Program-made: the position numbers and the translations under genes | Source: Pseudomonadota bacterium | GTDB lineage: Bacteria; Pseudomonadota; Gammaproteobacteria; Acidiferrobacterales; UBA6901 | Assembly: GCA_021819085.1 (NCBI GenBank) | Contig: JAKASJ010000004.1 | Location: 12,728-76,727, forward strand | Direction: 5' to 3' | Length of the DNA stretch: 64,000 nt | Notes under the pieces: model-generated | Told to the model about the DNA's origin: nothing | What the model saw: the letters and a program-made list of their open reading frames with translations, nothing else | Database searches by the model: none | Shown here: one piece after another, positions 46,569 to 56,800 of the stretch | Position numbering within the stretch: position 1 is the stretch's first letter | Layout: every line of letters starts with the position of its first letter

Positions 46569-46907
46569 GTGATTCGAGCGCTTATCATTGAGTTCCTGTT
46601 GAGTGGCGTCATCGGCGCAATCGTGTTTCGGCTTGCCTGGGCCGCCTCGAAGAGGAATCTGCTGGCGTGGGGTGTGGTTCTCGTCATTGCAGCGGTGAGC
46701 GTGATCTTCATTTCCGGCAGTATCGATGGGTGGCACGTGCATGAGTATGGTGCCGGTTTTTTGGGCATGTCTGTTCCGCACCCGCTCGTGGTACAGCTTC
46801 TTCGAAGCCTGGGATTGATTGGCGGCGCCTGGTTGGCATCCATTGTGGTCGCCAGGAGAAAGAAGCGCGGGTTCGAAGAGGATCGCAGATTCAGGGATTT
46901 TCCATAG
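46569..46907 (+). CDS. Hypothetical small membrane protein
   Basis: GTG start, 112 aa, three hydrophobic helices and a basic C-terminus (ARRKKRGFEEDRRFRDF). No family recognised. Confidence 0.35.
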   Translation: MIRALIIEFLLSGVIGAIVFRLAWAASKRNLLAWGVVLVIAAVSVIFISGSIDGWHVHEYGAGFLGMSVPHPLVVQLLRSLGLIGGAWLASIVVARRKKRGFEEDRRFRDFP

Positions 46908-47511
46908 CGCCGTTCGAAAACGATGGATGGCTTCGTGGCTTGCAGTGGCGTGTGGCAAAACCCAATGTCCGAGCCCCGATGAAGCGGCAAGCAGCCGGTT
47001 GTCCTTCGGCTGAGTCGCGGCAACATTACATTTGTCCCACGCCGGGTTTTCAGATACGTCCCATAAGATACATCACTCCGGCGGCAATGGAGGACCTCAG
47101 CAGAACGTTTTCTCCTGGAGCATTTCAGCAAGTTGTCCTGATTTCACCCACCTCAAGGCGCATCGGAAATCCCGGGAGCCTGCCGCCGTCGGCGTATAGC
47201 CGTTATTGATTTGTATCAAGGCAGGTGCACTATTGCCGCCGTAATGTCAATAAATTACTGTGTTTCGGATCAATCTGGCGATCATCCGATGGTCCACGAA
47301 AGGCTGCTGATATTGGTTGGATCTTTACAAAACCTTGCAAATTCTTGCGTAAGGCGGGTCAACAAACCGCTGCTCATTCCGTTAGGAGAGGCTGGGAGCC
47401 GGGACAGGCATTGTGACGCAAAGCGGCTGCAGATCCATTGAATTTTGTGGTGTGAATTATCAGAATATGTCGGGACAAACGGTTGATCGGCGAGAGGGTA
47501 ATCAAGTGAAG

Positions 47512-47952
47512 ATGAGCAAAACGATTAGCTGGGCAATCGCCGGTGTAATGCTGGCGGTGTCGTTCTCCGCCTTCGCCGATCACGACGATTGGCGCTGGCG
47601 TGGTGGTGGGCGCTGGCGTGAGGGCTGGCATCGCGATTGGGGTTTTCGTGGGCCCGATATGGACCGTTGGCGTGGTGGCTATTGGGTCCACGGAGATCAT
47701 GATGGCCGCCTGGGCTGGTGGTGGGTTGTCGCCGGCCTGTGGTATTTTTATCCGCAGCCGGTCTATCCTTATCCGGAGCCCTATGCTCCACTGTATTACC
47801 CTCCGGTTCAGCCGGAATTGCCGATACCGGCACCACCGCCGGTGCAATACTGGTATTATTGTAACGCCGCCAAGGCCTATTATCCCTACGTTCAGACTTG
47901 CCCGGGTGGCTGGGTACGCGTGCCTGCCACCCCGTCCGCACCAAATCAGTGA
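47512..47952 (+). CDS. Secreted Trp/Arg/Pro/Tyr-rich protein with C-terminal YWYYC...YYPYVQxCPGGW motif
   Basis: ATG 47512 (or GTG 47506) within track ORF 47413. Signal peptide MSKTISWAIAGVMLAVSFSAFA-DH. WRWRGGGRWREGWHRDWGFRG repeats. The C-terminal two-Cys motif is one I have seen in many proteobacterial envelope proteins. Confidence 0.5.
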   Translation: MSKTISWAIAGVMLAVSFSAFADHDDWRWRGGGRWREGWHRDWGFRGPDMDRWRGGYWVHGDHDGRLGWWWVVAGLWYFYPQPVYPYPEPYAPLYYPPVQPELPIPAPPPVQYWYYCNAAKAYYPYVQTCPGGWVRVPATPSAPNQ

Positions 47953-47972
47953 TATTGGGAAGGAGTACAGCA

Positions 47973-48449
47973 ATGAGACTGCGTAATCTGGTTTTGAGTA
48001 CTGCCATAGGCATGGTGCTTGCGGGATGCGTCTCGATCCCGACTGGGCCGAGCGTGGCGGTTATGCCGGGACCTGGCAAACCGTTCAGCCAGTTTCAGGA
48101 GGATAATCTTGTCTGCCGCGAATTCGCACGCGAGCAGATTGGCGCCCGGCCGAACGAGATTGCGCACGAACAGGTGTTGACCGGGGCGGCCACCGGAGCG
48201 GTGCTTGGCGCGGCGGCCGGTGCGCTCCTGGGCCATGGTCAGGAGGCGGTCGGGACGGGAGCGGGTGCGGGTCTGCTCCTGGGCTCGGCTGCCGGCGCCA
48301 ATGCCGCTACCGGCAGTACCATGTCTCTGCAGGATCGCTATAACATCGCTTACGAACAATGCATGTACTCCAAAGGCAACCTGATCCCAGGCTATCCGGC
48401 GCCGAGGTATTACGCACCACCGCCGCCGTCGGCACCGCCGCCACGCTGA
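47973..48449 (+). CDS. Glycine-zipper lipoprotein
   Basis: AAGGAG precedes ATG 47973. Lipobox VLAGC. Gly-zipper TGAATGAVLGAAAGALLG...GTGAGAGLLLGSAAGA. Pro-rich tail. Confidence 0.7.
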   Translation: MRLRNLVLSTAIGMVLAGCVSIPTGPSVAVMPGPGKPFSQFQEDNLVCREFAREQIGARPNEIAHEQVLTGAATGAVLGAAAGALLGHGQEAVGTGAGAGLLLGSAAGANAATGSTMSLQDRYNIAYEQCMYSKGNLIPGYPAPRYYAPPPPSAPPPR

Positions 48450-48612
48450 GACCGTCACGCTCCGGCAAGTAGTCCGGCCTGTCTGAATCGACTGCCCAGA
48501 CCTGTCCTCGGCGAATAGGTCCATGCGGCTCGTTTCGGCTATCTTGCCGGACTTCGCTGCGCTTGGCCCCAATCCGCGGGTTGCCCACTACCCCGGATCG
48601 GGTTGCCCGAAG

Positions 48613-49197
48613 TCATCCCTCAAGTGCTCTACGAAGCGCAAGTCCACCGAGAACCAGAAAGAACACGGCAGCAATGGCATGGATCCATCGCACCGGAAGG
48701 CGGTCGGCGAAGCGATGTCCGAAGACGATCGCAGGAATATTCGCCAGCATCATGCCCAAGGTTGTCCCCGCAACGACCGGAAGCCATTCCTGGAACCGTG
48801 CGGCCAGTGCCACGGTGGCGATCTGTGTCTTGTCACCCATTTCGGCCAGAAAGTACGACATCAGGGTGGCCATGAAGACGCCCGCAGCGGACCGCAGCGG
48901 CAGGTCATTTTCGCGCAGTTTGTCAGGAATCATGATCCACAGCCCCATCGCCACGAAGGACAGCAGGACTGCCCAATTCAGGATCGCCGGCGTCAGCACG
49001 CGCGCCAATATGTCACCCAGGCCGGCGGCCAAGCCGTTGCTGAGCACGGTTGCCCCGAGAACGCCGAGAATGATCGGCGCGGGCCGACGGTAGCGTGCCG
49101 CGAGCAGGAGCGACAGAATTTGCGTCTTGTCGCCAATTTCAGCCAAAGCGACAAGGCTGGTCGTTACAAACAAGGGATGCAGGATTGCTCGATGCAT
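48613..49197 (-). CDS. GDT1/TMEM165 (UPF0016) family cation (Mn2+/Ca2+) transporter
   Basis: 194 aa, 6 TM, with the duplicated E-x-G-D-K-T motif (LAEIGDKTQ and LAEMGDKTQ). Confidence 0.85.
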   Translation of the reverse strand: MHRAILHPLFVTTSLVALAEIGDKTQILSLLLAARYRRPAPIILGVLGATVLSNGLAAGLGDILARVLTPAILNWAVLLSFVAMGLWIMIPDKLRENDLPLRSAAGVFMATLMSYFLAEMGDKTQIATVALAARFQEWLPVVAGTTLGMMLANIPAIVFGHRFADRLPVRWIHAIAAVFFLVLGGLALRRALEG

Positions 49198-49531
49198 GGC
49201 GCGTGTGCGTTACGTTGTCTGCCGTATAGCTTCAGGCGGAAAAACTTCAAAACCCCCTGGCATCAGACCGTCGATACGCCGAGACCCGGTGTGCCAGCAT
49301 GCCGGAAGCGCGGTGCGCTCGAGTACACAGTGCTGAGCAGGCCGCCGTGGATCGCCATACTGTTATTGGCTCACTGCACAATCTGTTGCGCCGTGACGGA
49401 TGCGGGCTAGCGATGATCATATGTAACTCTGGAGTTCACAATGTAAGCTCTAGAACGCGGGAACGCCGGAAAACGCCTCGCGCGCTAGTTTGTACCGCAA
49501 TCCGGAATGCACCTTCATGATGCCCTGGTGT

Positions 49532-50332
49532 TCATCCGCCATGACGGAAGGAGGGATAAAGCACCATGCCCCCATCCACCAGCAGGCTGGGTCCGGTGAC
49601 ATAGGATGCCATGTCGCTGGCCAGCAGTGCCACCATGCGGCCGATCTCGGCGGGTTCGCCCATGCGATTGGCGGGTATTTTTCTGAGCAGGTCCTTGAGG
49701 GTGTCCGGGTTGCTCCATACCGCTTTATTGATATGGGTCTTGATGGCCCCGGGCGCCACTCCGAGCACGCGCACGCCCAGGTCCGCGGTTTCCTGCGCGA
49801 GCGTTTGGGTCAGCATGGTCAGCGCCGCTTTCGAGCAGGTATAGGCACTGTAACCGCTCCACGGAATGCTTTCGTGCACCGAGCTGATATTGATGATGAC
49901 ACCATGGTGTGCGGCCGTCATCCGTTTCAGAGCCTCGCGCGCGCAGTGATAGGCGCCGAACAGATTAATCTGTATCACCCGATACCAGTCGGTCGGGTTC
50001 GACTCCCAGCAGCGGGCAGCGACACCGTCAATGCCGGCATTATTTACCAGAATGTCCACGCCACCGAGTTCACGGTCCATCGCAGCGAACATCTGTTCAA
50101 CCTGGCCGGCGTTCGATATGTCCGCTGCAAGGCTCACTGCGCGCACGCCGTGCTGCCGGGCCGCTGCCGCAACCCGTTCCGCATCGGCTGCATCCTTCCC
50201 GGTGGGATCCTCGAGATAGTTCACTGCCACATCGGCGCCGGCCTCTGCCAGGGCATGGACGATGGCCTCGCCGATTCCGGAGCTGGACCCGGTGACCAGC
50301 GCGCGTCTGCCTTTCAAATCGATGGTAATCAT
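49532..50332 (-). CDS. Short-chain dehydrogenase/reductase (SDR)
   Basis: Start moved to ATG 50332, with AAGGAG upstream. TGSSSGIG cofactor motif, NNAG, and the catalytic Y-x3-K (YTCSK). Confidence 0.9.
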   Translation of the reverse strand: MITIDLKGRRALVTGSSSGIGEAIVHALAEAGADVAVNYLEDPTGKDAADAERVAAAARQHGVRAVSLAADISNAGQVEQMFAAMDRELGGVDILVNNAGIDGVAARCWESNPTDWYRVIQINLFGAYHCAREALKRMTAAHHGVIINISSVHESIPWSGYSAYTCSKAALTMLTQTLAQETADLGVRVLGVAPGAIKTHINKAVWSNPDTLKDLLRKIPANRMGEPAEIGRMVALLASDMASYVTGPSLLVDGGMVLYPSFRHGG

Positions 50333-50346
50333 TGGCTTACTCCTTG

Positions 50347-51552
50347 TCAGGTCTTGTTGATAGCCGGATGAGGATCGGTGGACTTCCGCCCCTGGCCGGT
50401 GTTGAAGCGGCTCAGCAAAAAGGCCAGTCCGAATAATGGCAAAGTCCATAGTGCCGAGAATCCGTAAATCATCGATAGGCTTAGGTGTTTTTGTAGTGGA
50501 CCGAGCGCATAGGAACCAATGCCTTCACCACTCATCAGGGCTGCAACCAGCAGACCCGCTGCTTGCGTCTGGCGCTGGGCATGTGCTTCCAGGGCGAACG
50601 ACATGGTATACGGATAGTAGATACTGCATGCGGCTCCCGCAGCAGCGAACGCGCCGACAAGCCCCCAGGGAGCGGACACGTACGGCAGCGCCAGAAAACA
50701 GGCTGCGATTACGATCGGCGATGTGCGATAGACGATCTGCGGCGGCGCCCAGCGAGACGGAACAAGACCGAACAGCAGCCGGAATGCCGTCATTGCACCC
50801 CAGAATGCGGACAGCGCCCAGGCGCCATAGCGGGAAGGCAGATGATGACTGCCGCTGACGTAGAGGGCTGCCCAGCTGCCAAACGTGCCCTCGACGATCG
50901 CATAAATCAGTACTGCGAGGCCGAACATCAATAAGGGAGGTCCGGGGACCGCGTTCCCGTCAGCAGACGTACTGCCGGCATGAGTTTTGCGAAGGATTGC
51001 GGACAGACCCAGGACTGTCAGGAATCCGGCGATCAGTACCAGCGGCCAAAGCCACCATTGATGTGCCGCTTCGAACAGGTTGAGTATCAGCGGTGAGAGA
51101 GCGGTGCTCCCGCCGATCACTGCGTTAAGCAGAGTTACCGCCGCAGTTTCGCTCTGTGGAAACAGCATGGCGGCAAGATGATTGATGGCGGAGAGGTTGA
51201 ATCCGAATCCCAGTCCAAGGAGCGCGGTTTCCGCCATCAGCATGGCGTAGGCGGCCGGATGTCCGGCATATGCGGCACTGCCGACAAGCAGGCACAGCGC
51301 CAGCGTATTGGCCGCTAGCCCCAGCCGGAACACGCCACTGGCGCCGATGCGGCGGTCCAGGATGCCGGCGGTGAGCGCACTGACGATGGCCCCCGCGGTC
51401 ATGGGCAGAAACAGGCTGCCATAACCGGTCGCCGACAGATGATAAGGGGCGCCCTTGAGGAGCGTTCCCAGAGCGGGAATGAGCACGAAAGCGAAGCCCT
51501 GCAGCAAACCTGCGCCGTAGATTGTTGACACTGCGATCGCCGATCTAGACAC
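50347..51552 (-). CDS. MFS transporter
   Basis: Probable GTG start at 51552, overlapping the GMC gene stop by 8 nt. ~12 TM with glycine-rich helices. Substrate not inferable. Confidence 0.75.
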   Translation of the reverse strand: MSRSAIAVSTIYGAGLLQGFAFVLIPALGTLLKGAPYHLSATGYGSLFLPMTAGAIVSALTAGILDRRIGASGVFRLGLAANTLALCLLVGSAAYAGHPAAYAMLMAETALLGLGFGFNLSAINHLAAMLFPQSETAAVTLLNAVIGGSTALSPLILNLFEAAHQWWLWPLVLIAGFLTVLGLSAILRKTHAGSTSADGNAVPGPPLLMFGLAVLIYAIVEGTFGSWAALYVSGSHHLPSRYGAWALSAFWGAMTAFRLLFGLVPSRWAPPQIVYRTSPIVIAACFLALPYVSAPWGLVGAFAAAGAACSIYYPYTMSFALEAHAQRQTQAAGLLVAALMSGEGIGSYALGPLQKHLSLSMIYGFSALWTLPLFGLAFLLSRFNTGQGRKSTDPHPAINKT

Positions 51553-53083
51553 GCCAGTCCCCTTGGGCAAGTCGTGCTTTGAGATATTCGCCGACACGTT
51601 GTGCCTGGGCCATGATGGTGAGCGACGGATTGACTGCCGCGATCGAGGGCATGAAGCTGCCGTCCACAACGAACAGGTTATCTAGCGCATGGGCACGGCA
51701 GTACGGATCGAGCACGCTTTGCGCGGGATCCTCACCGAAGCGTGCCGTGCCTACCTGGTGGGCAACACCGTCGACACCGATTCTCTGCGAGAAGATGAAA
51801 GGAAAGCCGATACGGCGCAGCACGGATCGCCAGACAGACAGCAATCGGGTATGCGCCTCGACGTTGTTGGGCGTATAACTGAGCCGGATCTGTCCGGTGT
51901 TCGTCAGTGTAACGCGGTTGTCCGGTCGGGCCAGATCTTCAGTAGTCAACCACCAGTCCACGGAATGACGCCCGAACCAGTCGGCAGCAACGCGGGGTAC
52001 GGCCGGACGCTCAGCTTTCAGCACGGCGCCAGTGACTTTACCGAGCAGCTGGATATGACCCAGCGGATAGGGAAACCGGGAATCGCCGGAATCATAATAA
52101 AAGTCGTTTACGCCGATGGTTTTCTGGAAGATCGTGGAATGGCTGCGCCAGGGCGAAAGCGCCAGCATGACCGAATTCAAATGACACATGTAATTGCGCC
52201 CCACCTGGTCAGAGCTGTTGGCAAGTCCTCTGGGGTGAGCATCGCTGGCCGAGGCCAGCAGCAAGGCAGCCGAGTTGACGGCACCCGCTGCCAACACCAC
52301 GACCCGTGCACTGAAGCTTTCCGGCCCCTGTTCACCTTCGCCGTGCACTGCGACGATGCGCCGCCCGTCCGCGGAGCTTTGAAGTCGAGTGATGCGCAGG
52401 CCTGTTTTCAATGATACGTTGGTGTGTGCCAGTGCGGGGCGTATGGCGCAGTTCTCTGCGTCTCCCTTGGCCTGCACCAGGCAGGGAAATCCATCACAGG
52501 TGTCGCAGCGGATACACGGGCTTGCGAAATAGCGCGCTTCATCGAGGTGGATCGCCAACGGCAGGTGAAAGGGATGCAGACCGAATGCCTGCAGGCGCCG
52601 GAAAACCGCTTCGATGGCCGACTCGTGGCTGACCGGAGGGTAGGGGAAGGGTCCGCTGGCCGGGGGTTCGGTGGGATCTTCGCCGCGCTGGCCATGCGCG
52701 AAATACCACTGCTCGGCAAGATCGTAAAATGGCGCCAGATCCGCGTATTGTATGGGCCATGCCACGGACTCTCCGCCGGCATGGCGCACCGTGGTGAAAT
52801 CGCGTTCCCTGCGACGCAACACCGCTGCTCCAAACAGCTTGGTGTTGCCGCCCACATGATAGCCGGTCACCGGCTGAAAGGGAGTTCCCTGCCGATCCAG
52901 CCAGCGCTCCGCGGTATGATACGCACGCCGGTGAAATACCGCGTCGGGCTCCCAGTTGCTCTTGGTGCGGCGCAGAAAATCGCCGCGCTCGAGCAGCAGA
53001 ACTTTCAAGCCGGTGCCGGATAAACTTCTTGCCAGCGTGCCGCCCCCGGCGCCGGTACCGATGATGATGACATCAGCGTCCAT
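51545..53083 (-). CDS. GMC-family FAD-dependent oxidoreductase
   Basis: 512 aa. N-terminal DADVIIIGTGAGGGTLA...LLLERG FAD fold. C-terminal ...NLFVVDGSFMPS typical of GMC enzymes. Overlaps the GH15 gene by 11 nt. Confidence 0.85.
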   Translation of the reverse strand: MDADVIIIGTGAGGGTLARSLSGTGLKVLLLERGDFLRRTKSNWEPDAVFHRRAYHTAERWLDRQGTPFQPVTGYHVGGNTKLFGAAVLRRRERDFTTVRHAGGESVAWPIQYADLAPFYDLAEQWYFAHGQRGEDPTEPPASGPFPYPPVSHESAIEAVFRRLQAFGLHPFHLPLAIHLDEARYFASPCIRCDTCDGFPCLVQAKGDAENCAIRPALAHTNVSLKTGLRITRLQSSADGRRIVAVHGEGEQGPESFSARVVVLAAGAVNSAALLLASASDAHPRGLANSSDQVGRNYMCHLNSVMLALSPWRSHSTIFQKTIGVNDFYYDSGDSRFPYPLGHIQLLGKVTGAVLKAERPAVPRVAADWFGRHSVDWWLTTEDLARPDNRVTLTNTGQIRLSYTPNNVEAHTRLLSVWRSVLRRIGFPFIFSQRIGVDGVAHQVGTARFGEDPAQSVLDPYCRAHALDNLFVVDGSFMPSIAAVNPSLTIMAQAQRVGEYLKARLAQGDWRV

Positions 53084-55445
53084 AATGATCGGAATCGGTA
53101 TGCGGCTTGACTACGATGGCGTAATCCTGGCCTTGCCAGCGGCCATCGCGGGTCCAGCGGAAGGTAAAATCAAGCTGTTGTCCGGGATGCAATTTGTCGG
53201 TGGGCAATTCTGCCACGTAAAGACCGAGGCCGGCCTCGCGCGTAGGCGTATCGGTGATCTCGTGCCAGCCGTCTGTGCCCCAGTGGACCAGTGCCGGCTC
53301 TGGCAGACAGATGCGCAAGCGCTTGCCGTACGGAAGGCGCCTGGGACAGGCATGCAGGGACCAGAATGCCCATGGGGTATCAGGCCGGCGACCCTGATAA
53401 CGCTTCCATACGGCCTCGGGCCGATCGAACGGGCGCCCCAAAGCTATGCTCGAAGCCAGCTTGATGAACTCAGCGTGGGCCCAGACCAGAGGCATGGCTG
53501 AGCCCGAAGGTCGGCCAGGGTAAAGATTACGCTCCGGGATCGGCGAACTGTCCCACACCTGTTCCGGAATCAAACCGCAACTCCCGCTCATGGCAGCCAT
53601 GGCGCGCAGGTAGGGCAGGGCGTCTTCCCCGGCAGCGAGTGCATAGTGACCACGCTCGCCGGTAAGCAGTGGCCAAGCCCTTCCGCGACCGGTACCGTTG
53701 AATCCGTGCCCGTCAGCCTGCTCGCCGTACCCGTCACCATTGTAGCGGTGCCAGGCGGGCCCGCTAGGCGTATCCACTTTGAGCAACGCATCGGTTACCT
53801 TGACGCTGGCACGGATCAGCGTATCGTCAGCCCGACGCAGACCGAAGCGAACCAGTTGCAGGAAATCTCCGCCCACCTGGTCCTCTGCAGCCAGACCCAG
53901 GTTGCGAATACGGTTCTTGATCGGCAAAACCTGGCTCAGCGCGCTGCGGCCTTCCAGCACCTGTACGGGCGCCATGCGTACATAGTAACCATCCACCCCG
54001 AGTTTCCTGGCCAGCTGGGTATCCCTCACACTGGTCCAGTGCTCAATGCGTGCATTCCAGTAATCTGCCAGTTCCAAGGCGAAGCCGCGCGCCGGCTCAG
54101 GCAGGAACTCCGCCCCGCACACCAGTGCTGCGATGCACACCGAAAGCGTGAAGGGATTGACGCCGGCGTCCTCTTCCCAGCGGTCCTGCTGGGTGGTCGG
54201 ACCTTCCTGTGCGATGAAGCTCAGCGCACGCTCGATCATGTCGTCAACGACGATATCGTCCAGAGCGCCGCGCTCGGCAAGCGCGGCGACCAGAAGCACT
54301 GCAAAGCCGGCTTCATCGAGCTGCACCCCTGACCAGTAGGGTTTCCCCCCCAGCCATTGGTTCTGGAACCAGCGACCGTTTTCCTGCTGGGTGGCGATCA
54401 GATAGCGCAGAATATTGCGTGCTTCGTTCACTGCGCCCAGAGCGAGCAGTCCGCCCGCGCTCTCCACGAGATCGCGTGGCCACACCAGATGATAGCCGCC
54501 AAGATCATCCTTGGTACTGCCCCAGGGGACACTGAGGCTCGCTACCATGCCACCAGGGTAGGTCTTGTCCTGATGAGTGCGCAGCACCATGGCGGACATC
54601 TGGAAGATGTCTGCCAGATCTGCAGTGAGGCCCGGCGGCGGGGCGCTGGTCCGTGTGCGGTCAGCATGCCATGCTTGCCAGCACTCGACCTGGTGCTGCC
54701 AGACATTTTCGAATGGCTGGATCAGGGCTGAAATGGCGAGGGTGGCGGCGGATTCCTTGCTGCTGCCGAATCCCAGTGCCAACACGGTACGGCGCGCAAG
54801 CTCGGCGGTAAGGGCCACGTTACCGGGGCCCGCCGTATCGTAGCTCCACGCCATGGCTTCATTGTGCGCAAAATCCTGCCAGCCATCGCTTACACCGACG
54901 TATCCGGCGCTGGCCCTTCCCAAGGCATCATGTTGCCGCTCATCGCCCGCTACCAGCGCCAGGCCGAACGGTCCTTGCTCCGCCCACAGTACGGCGCGCC
55001 CGTTGTACACCCCGGTATAGGCGGTGTTCTCATGACCGGTTCCCCCTAAATGTGGCGCAAGTAGTACATAAGGACGCAGGCCTTCCTCGCCCGACAGGAC
55101 AACCTCGATGAGCATGACATCGCGTAGCGGATCGGGTGCGACGCGCAGGCGCAGCTCAAAGCGGGGATGCGTATGCACGATTTCCACCACCGGGATGCCG
55201 GGGCCGGGCACGCACGTGCGGTAACTGCCCATACGTTTGACTTCGACCCAGAATTCCTTGCCGTCGGCAACGATGAAGCCCAGATCGCGTGTTTGCGGGA
55301 TGTCAACACGCGGGTAATAGATTTCGTTGAGGATACCGTAGCCAGTAGTGAACCAGACTTTTGAAGGACCCAAGGCGGTACCGACCATATCTTTGGCACT
55401 GCTGGCCCAGGTGGGGGAAGTTCCAGGCTGGCCTGGAGCATGCAT
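53073..55445 (-). CDS. Glycoside hydrolase family 15 (glucoamylase/glucodextranase-like)
   Basis: 790 aa, AGGAGG RBS. N-terminal beta-sandwich (WFTTGYGILNEIYYPRVD), an (alpha/alpha)6 catalytic region (YHLVWPRDL, QQDRWEE) and a C-terminal ~100-aa extra domain. Confidence 0.85.
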   Translation of the reverse strand: MHAPGQPGTSPTWASSAKDMVGTALGPSKVWFTTGYGILNEIYYPRVDIPQTRDLGFIVADGKEFWVEVKRMGSYRTCVPGPGIPVVEIVHTHPRFELRLRVAPDPLRDVMLIEVVLSGEEGLRPYVLLAPHLGGTGHENTAYTGVYNGRAVLWAEQGPFGLALVAGDERQHDALGRASAGYVGVSDGWQDFAHNEAMAWSYDTAGPGNVALTAELARRTVLALGFGSSKESAATLAISALIQPFENVWQHQVECWQAWHADRTRTSAPPPGLTADLADIFQMSAMVLRTHQDKTYPGGMVASLSVPWGSTKDDLGGYHLVWPRDLVESAGGLLALGAVNEARNILRYLIATQQENGRWFQNQWLGGKPYWSGVQLDEAGFAVLLVAALAERGALDDIVVDDMIERALSFIAQEGPTTQQDRWEEDAGVNPFTLSVCIAALVCGAEFLPEPARGFALELADYWNARIEHWTSVRDTQLARKLGVDGYYVRMAPVQVLEGRSALSQVLPIKNRIRNLGLAAEDQVGGDFLQLVRFGLRRADDTLIRASVKVTDALLKVDTPSGPAWHRYNGDGYGEQADGHGFNGTGRGRAWPLLTGERGHYALAAGEDALPYLRAMAAMSGSCGLIPEQVWDSSPIPERNLYPGRPSGSAMPLVWAHAEFIKLASSIALGRPFDRPEAVWKRYQGRRPDTPWAFWSLHACPRRLPYGKRLRICLPEPALVHWGTDGWHEITDTPTREAGLGLYVAELPTDKLHPGQQLDFTFRWTRDGRWQGQDYAIVVKPHTDSDHYGR

Positions 55446-56308
55446 GTTGTGCCTCCTGATGGAAAAGACGGTACGGTTGAACGGTTTTTGATGGAATGAC
55501 TGTCCGACAGTCCAGTGCGGATGGTCTGTCGCGGCGACATCCGGCGCCGGATATTTTATAGAATAGAAGCGTCTTCGCTACCGGAACCAGGCCTGACGGT
55601 AGGTCCCGTTACTGCAGTCCAGACGCACACTGGGCCAGTTTCGGGCGTGGTGGTAATCCACCGCAGCGCACGTTTGTGAAAGTGTATCATGTGATTCCGC
55701 CTTGAGTGCCTAGTTCCTTCCGGTCGCGACTTCTTCAGACCCGTTCAACCCGGCACAGACGGTTCCGCTGGCCAGGGTTATTTTCATCTCAAGCACATTA
55801 TTTAGTTATAAATGAAGGCTGTCCACGTGAGCCGGTTGGCGCGCATCACTCCGGTTCAGCATCGTATTCACTGCTTCGACCGGCAATTGCCGTCTCCGTT
55901 CCGGAATTGCGCCGCAAATTTCGGAAATCCCGGTCAAATCCGACGGGTGAGAGGATCGAAAATAGGGCAGGCTGTGGCGGACAGGAGGAACTGTGCGAGA
56001 TGAAACACCTGGCATTACAGGGAAAGAAGCCGTCGGCATTCGACGTTGGCGGGATTTCCGCTGAAATGGCCGGTCTGCCCGATGTGACAGTGCTGCAGCA
56101 TCGCTGTCCGCAGTCTGCAGTGCATGGTCGACAGAACGTCGGGCGGAACGGAGAATGTCCGGACTGGCGCGAGCATTCGATCCGGAGAAACCCGGGCATG
56201 CGTAGCAACGTAATGGGTGGGGACGGAAAGGCAATGCCTCGTGCGTGCGTTTTCGCTTTTCTGCATCAGCTGGTGCCGAGCGCATCGATGTTCCGGGTGC
56301 TGACCGGC

Positions 56309-56345
56309 GCGGCAGTTACGGACCGTGTTGTCCCGTTCCTGCCGC
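56309..56345 (-). terminator. Stem-loop (GCGGCAG...CTGCCGC with inner ACGG/CCGT pairing) ~20 nt after the DUF1641 stop
   Basis: Seen directly. No U-tract, so it may act as a transcript-end or stability element rather than a classical intrinsic terminator. Confidence 0.3.
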
Positions 56346-56365
56346 GCTGTTCTCATTATGATAAA

Positions 56366-56788
56366 TCATCCGTTGCTTCGGGACTGCTCCCGCAGGCTAT
56401 GGCTGAGATGCTTGCCAACCAGAGAAAGAAGCTGCAGACCCTCCTGCGTTCCGGGTTCACGCACGACACGCAGCACGCCGCCGATGCCGCCTGCGGCTGG
56501 CGCAGCCTCCGCGATGTCTTTGCTGAGCGCACGGAGGACCTCCGCCAAAGCGATGAGCAGACGCTGGCCCTCTTCACGGTTGATCATGTGAAGGAGGTGC
56601 ATCAGGCCTTCGTTGCGTGTCAGCCGGTCGAGCAGATTGAGACCCTCGCTCATTGCCCTGGCGATGCGTGCCACCATCTCATCCGACATTGCGTCCCGGG
56701 CCGATGCAATAAAGTGCGTGAGCTCAACAAGCTGTTGCAGGTCGTCCTTGGCGATCGGGTCGATCGGAGATTCAACTTTCGAGTTCAT
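56366..56788 (-). CDS. DUF1641-domain protein
   Basis: 140 aa, helical. LVELTHFIASARDAMSDEMVARIARAMSEGLNLLDRL... matches my recollection of DUF1641, which usually follows SQR-like flavoproteins. 12-nt gap after the flavoprotein gene. Confidence 0.65.
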   Translation of the reverse strand: MNSKVESPIDPIAKDDLQQLVELTHFIASARDAMSDEMVARIARAMSEGLNLLDRLTRNEGLMHLLHMINREEGQRLLIALAEVLRALSKDIAEAAPAAGGIGGVLRVVREPGTQEGLQLLSLVGKHLSHSLREQSRSNG

Positions 56789-56800
56789 GTATTGGTTTCC

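Noticed and set aside
46068-47131. Minus-strand ORFs 46068-46958 (296 aa) and 46562-47131 (189 aa)
   Set aside because: Composition is dominated by Arg/Pro/His/Ser, there is no RBS, and they overlap the better-supported plus-strand PilZ and small membrane ORFs.
49198-49531. yybP-ykoY Mn2+ riboswitch in front of the GDT1/UPF0016 transporter
   Set aside because: Reading the minus strand upstream of ATG 49197, I find no GGGGAGTAG box and no matching distal conserved segment.
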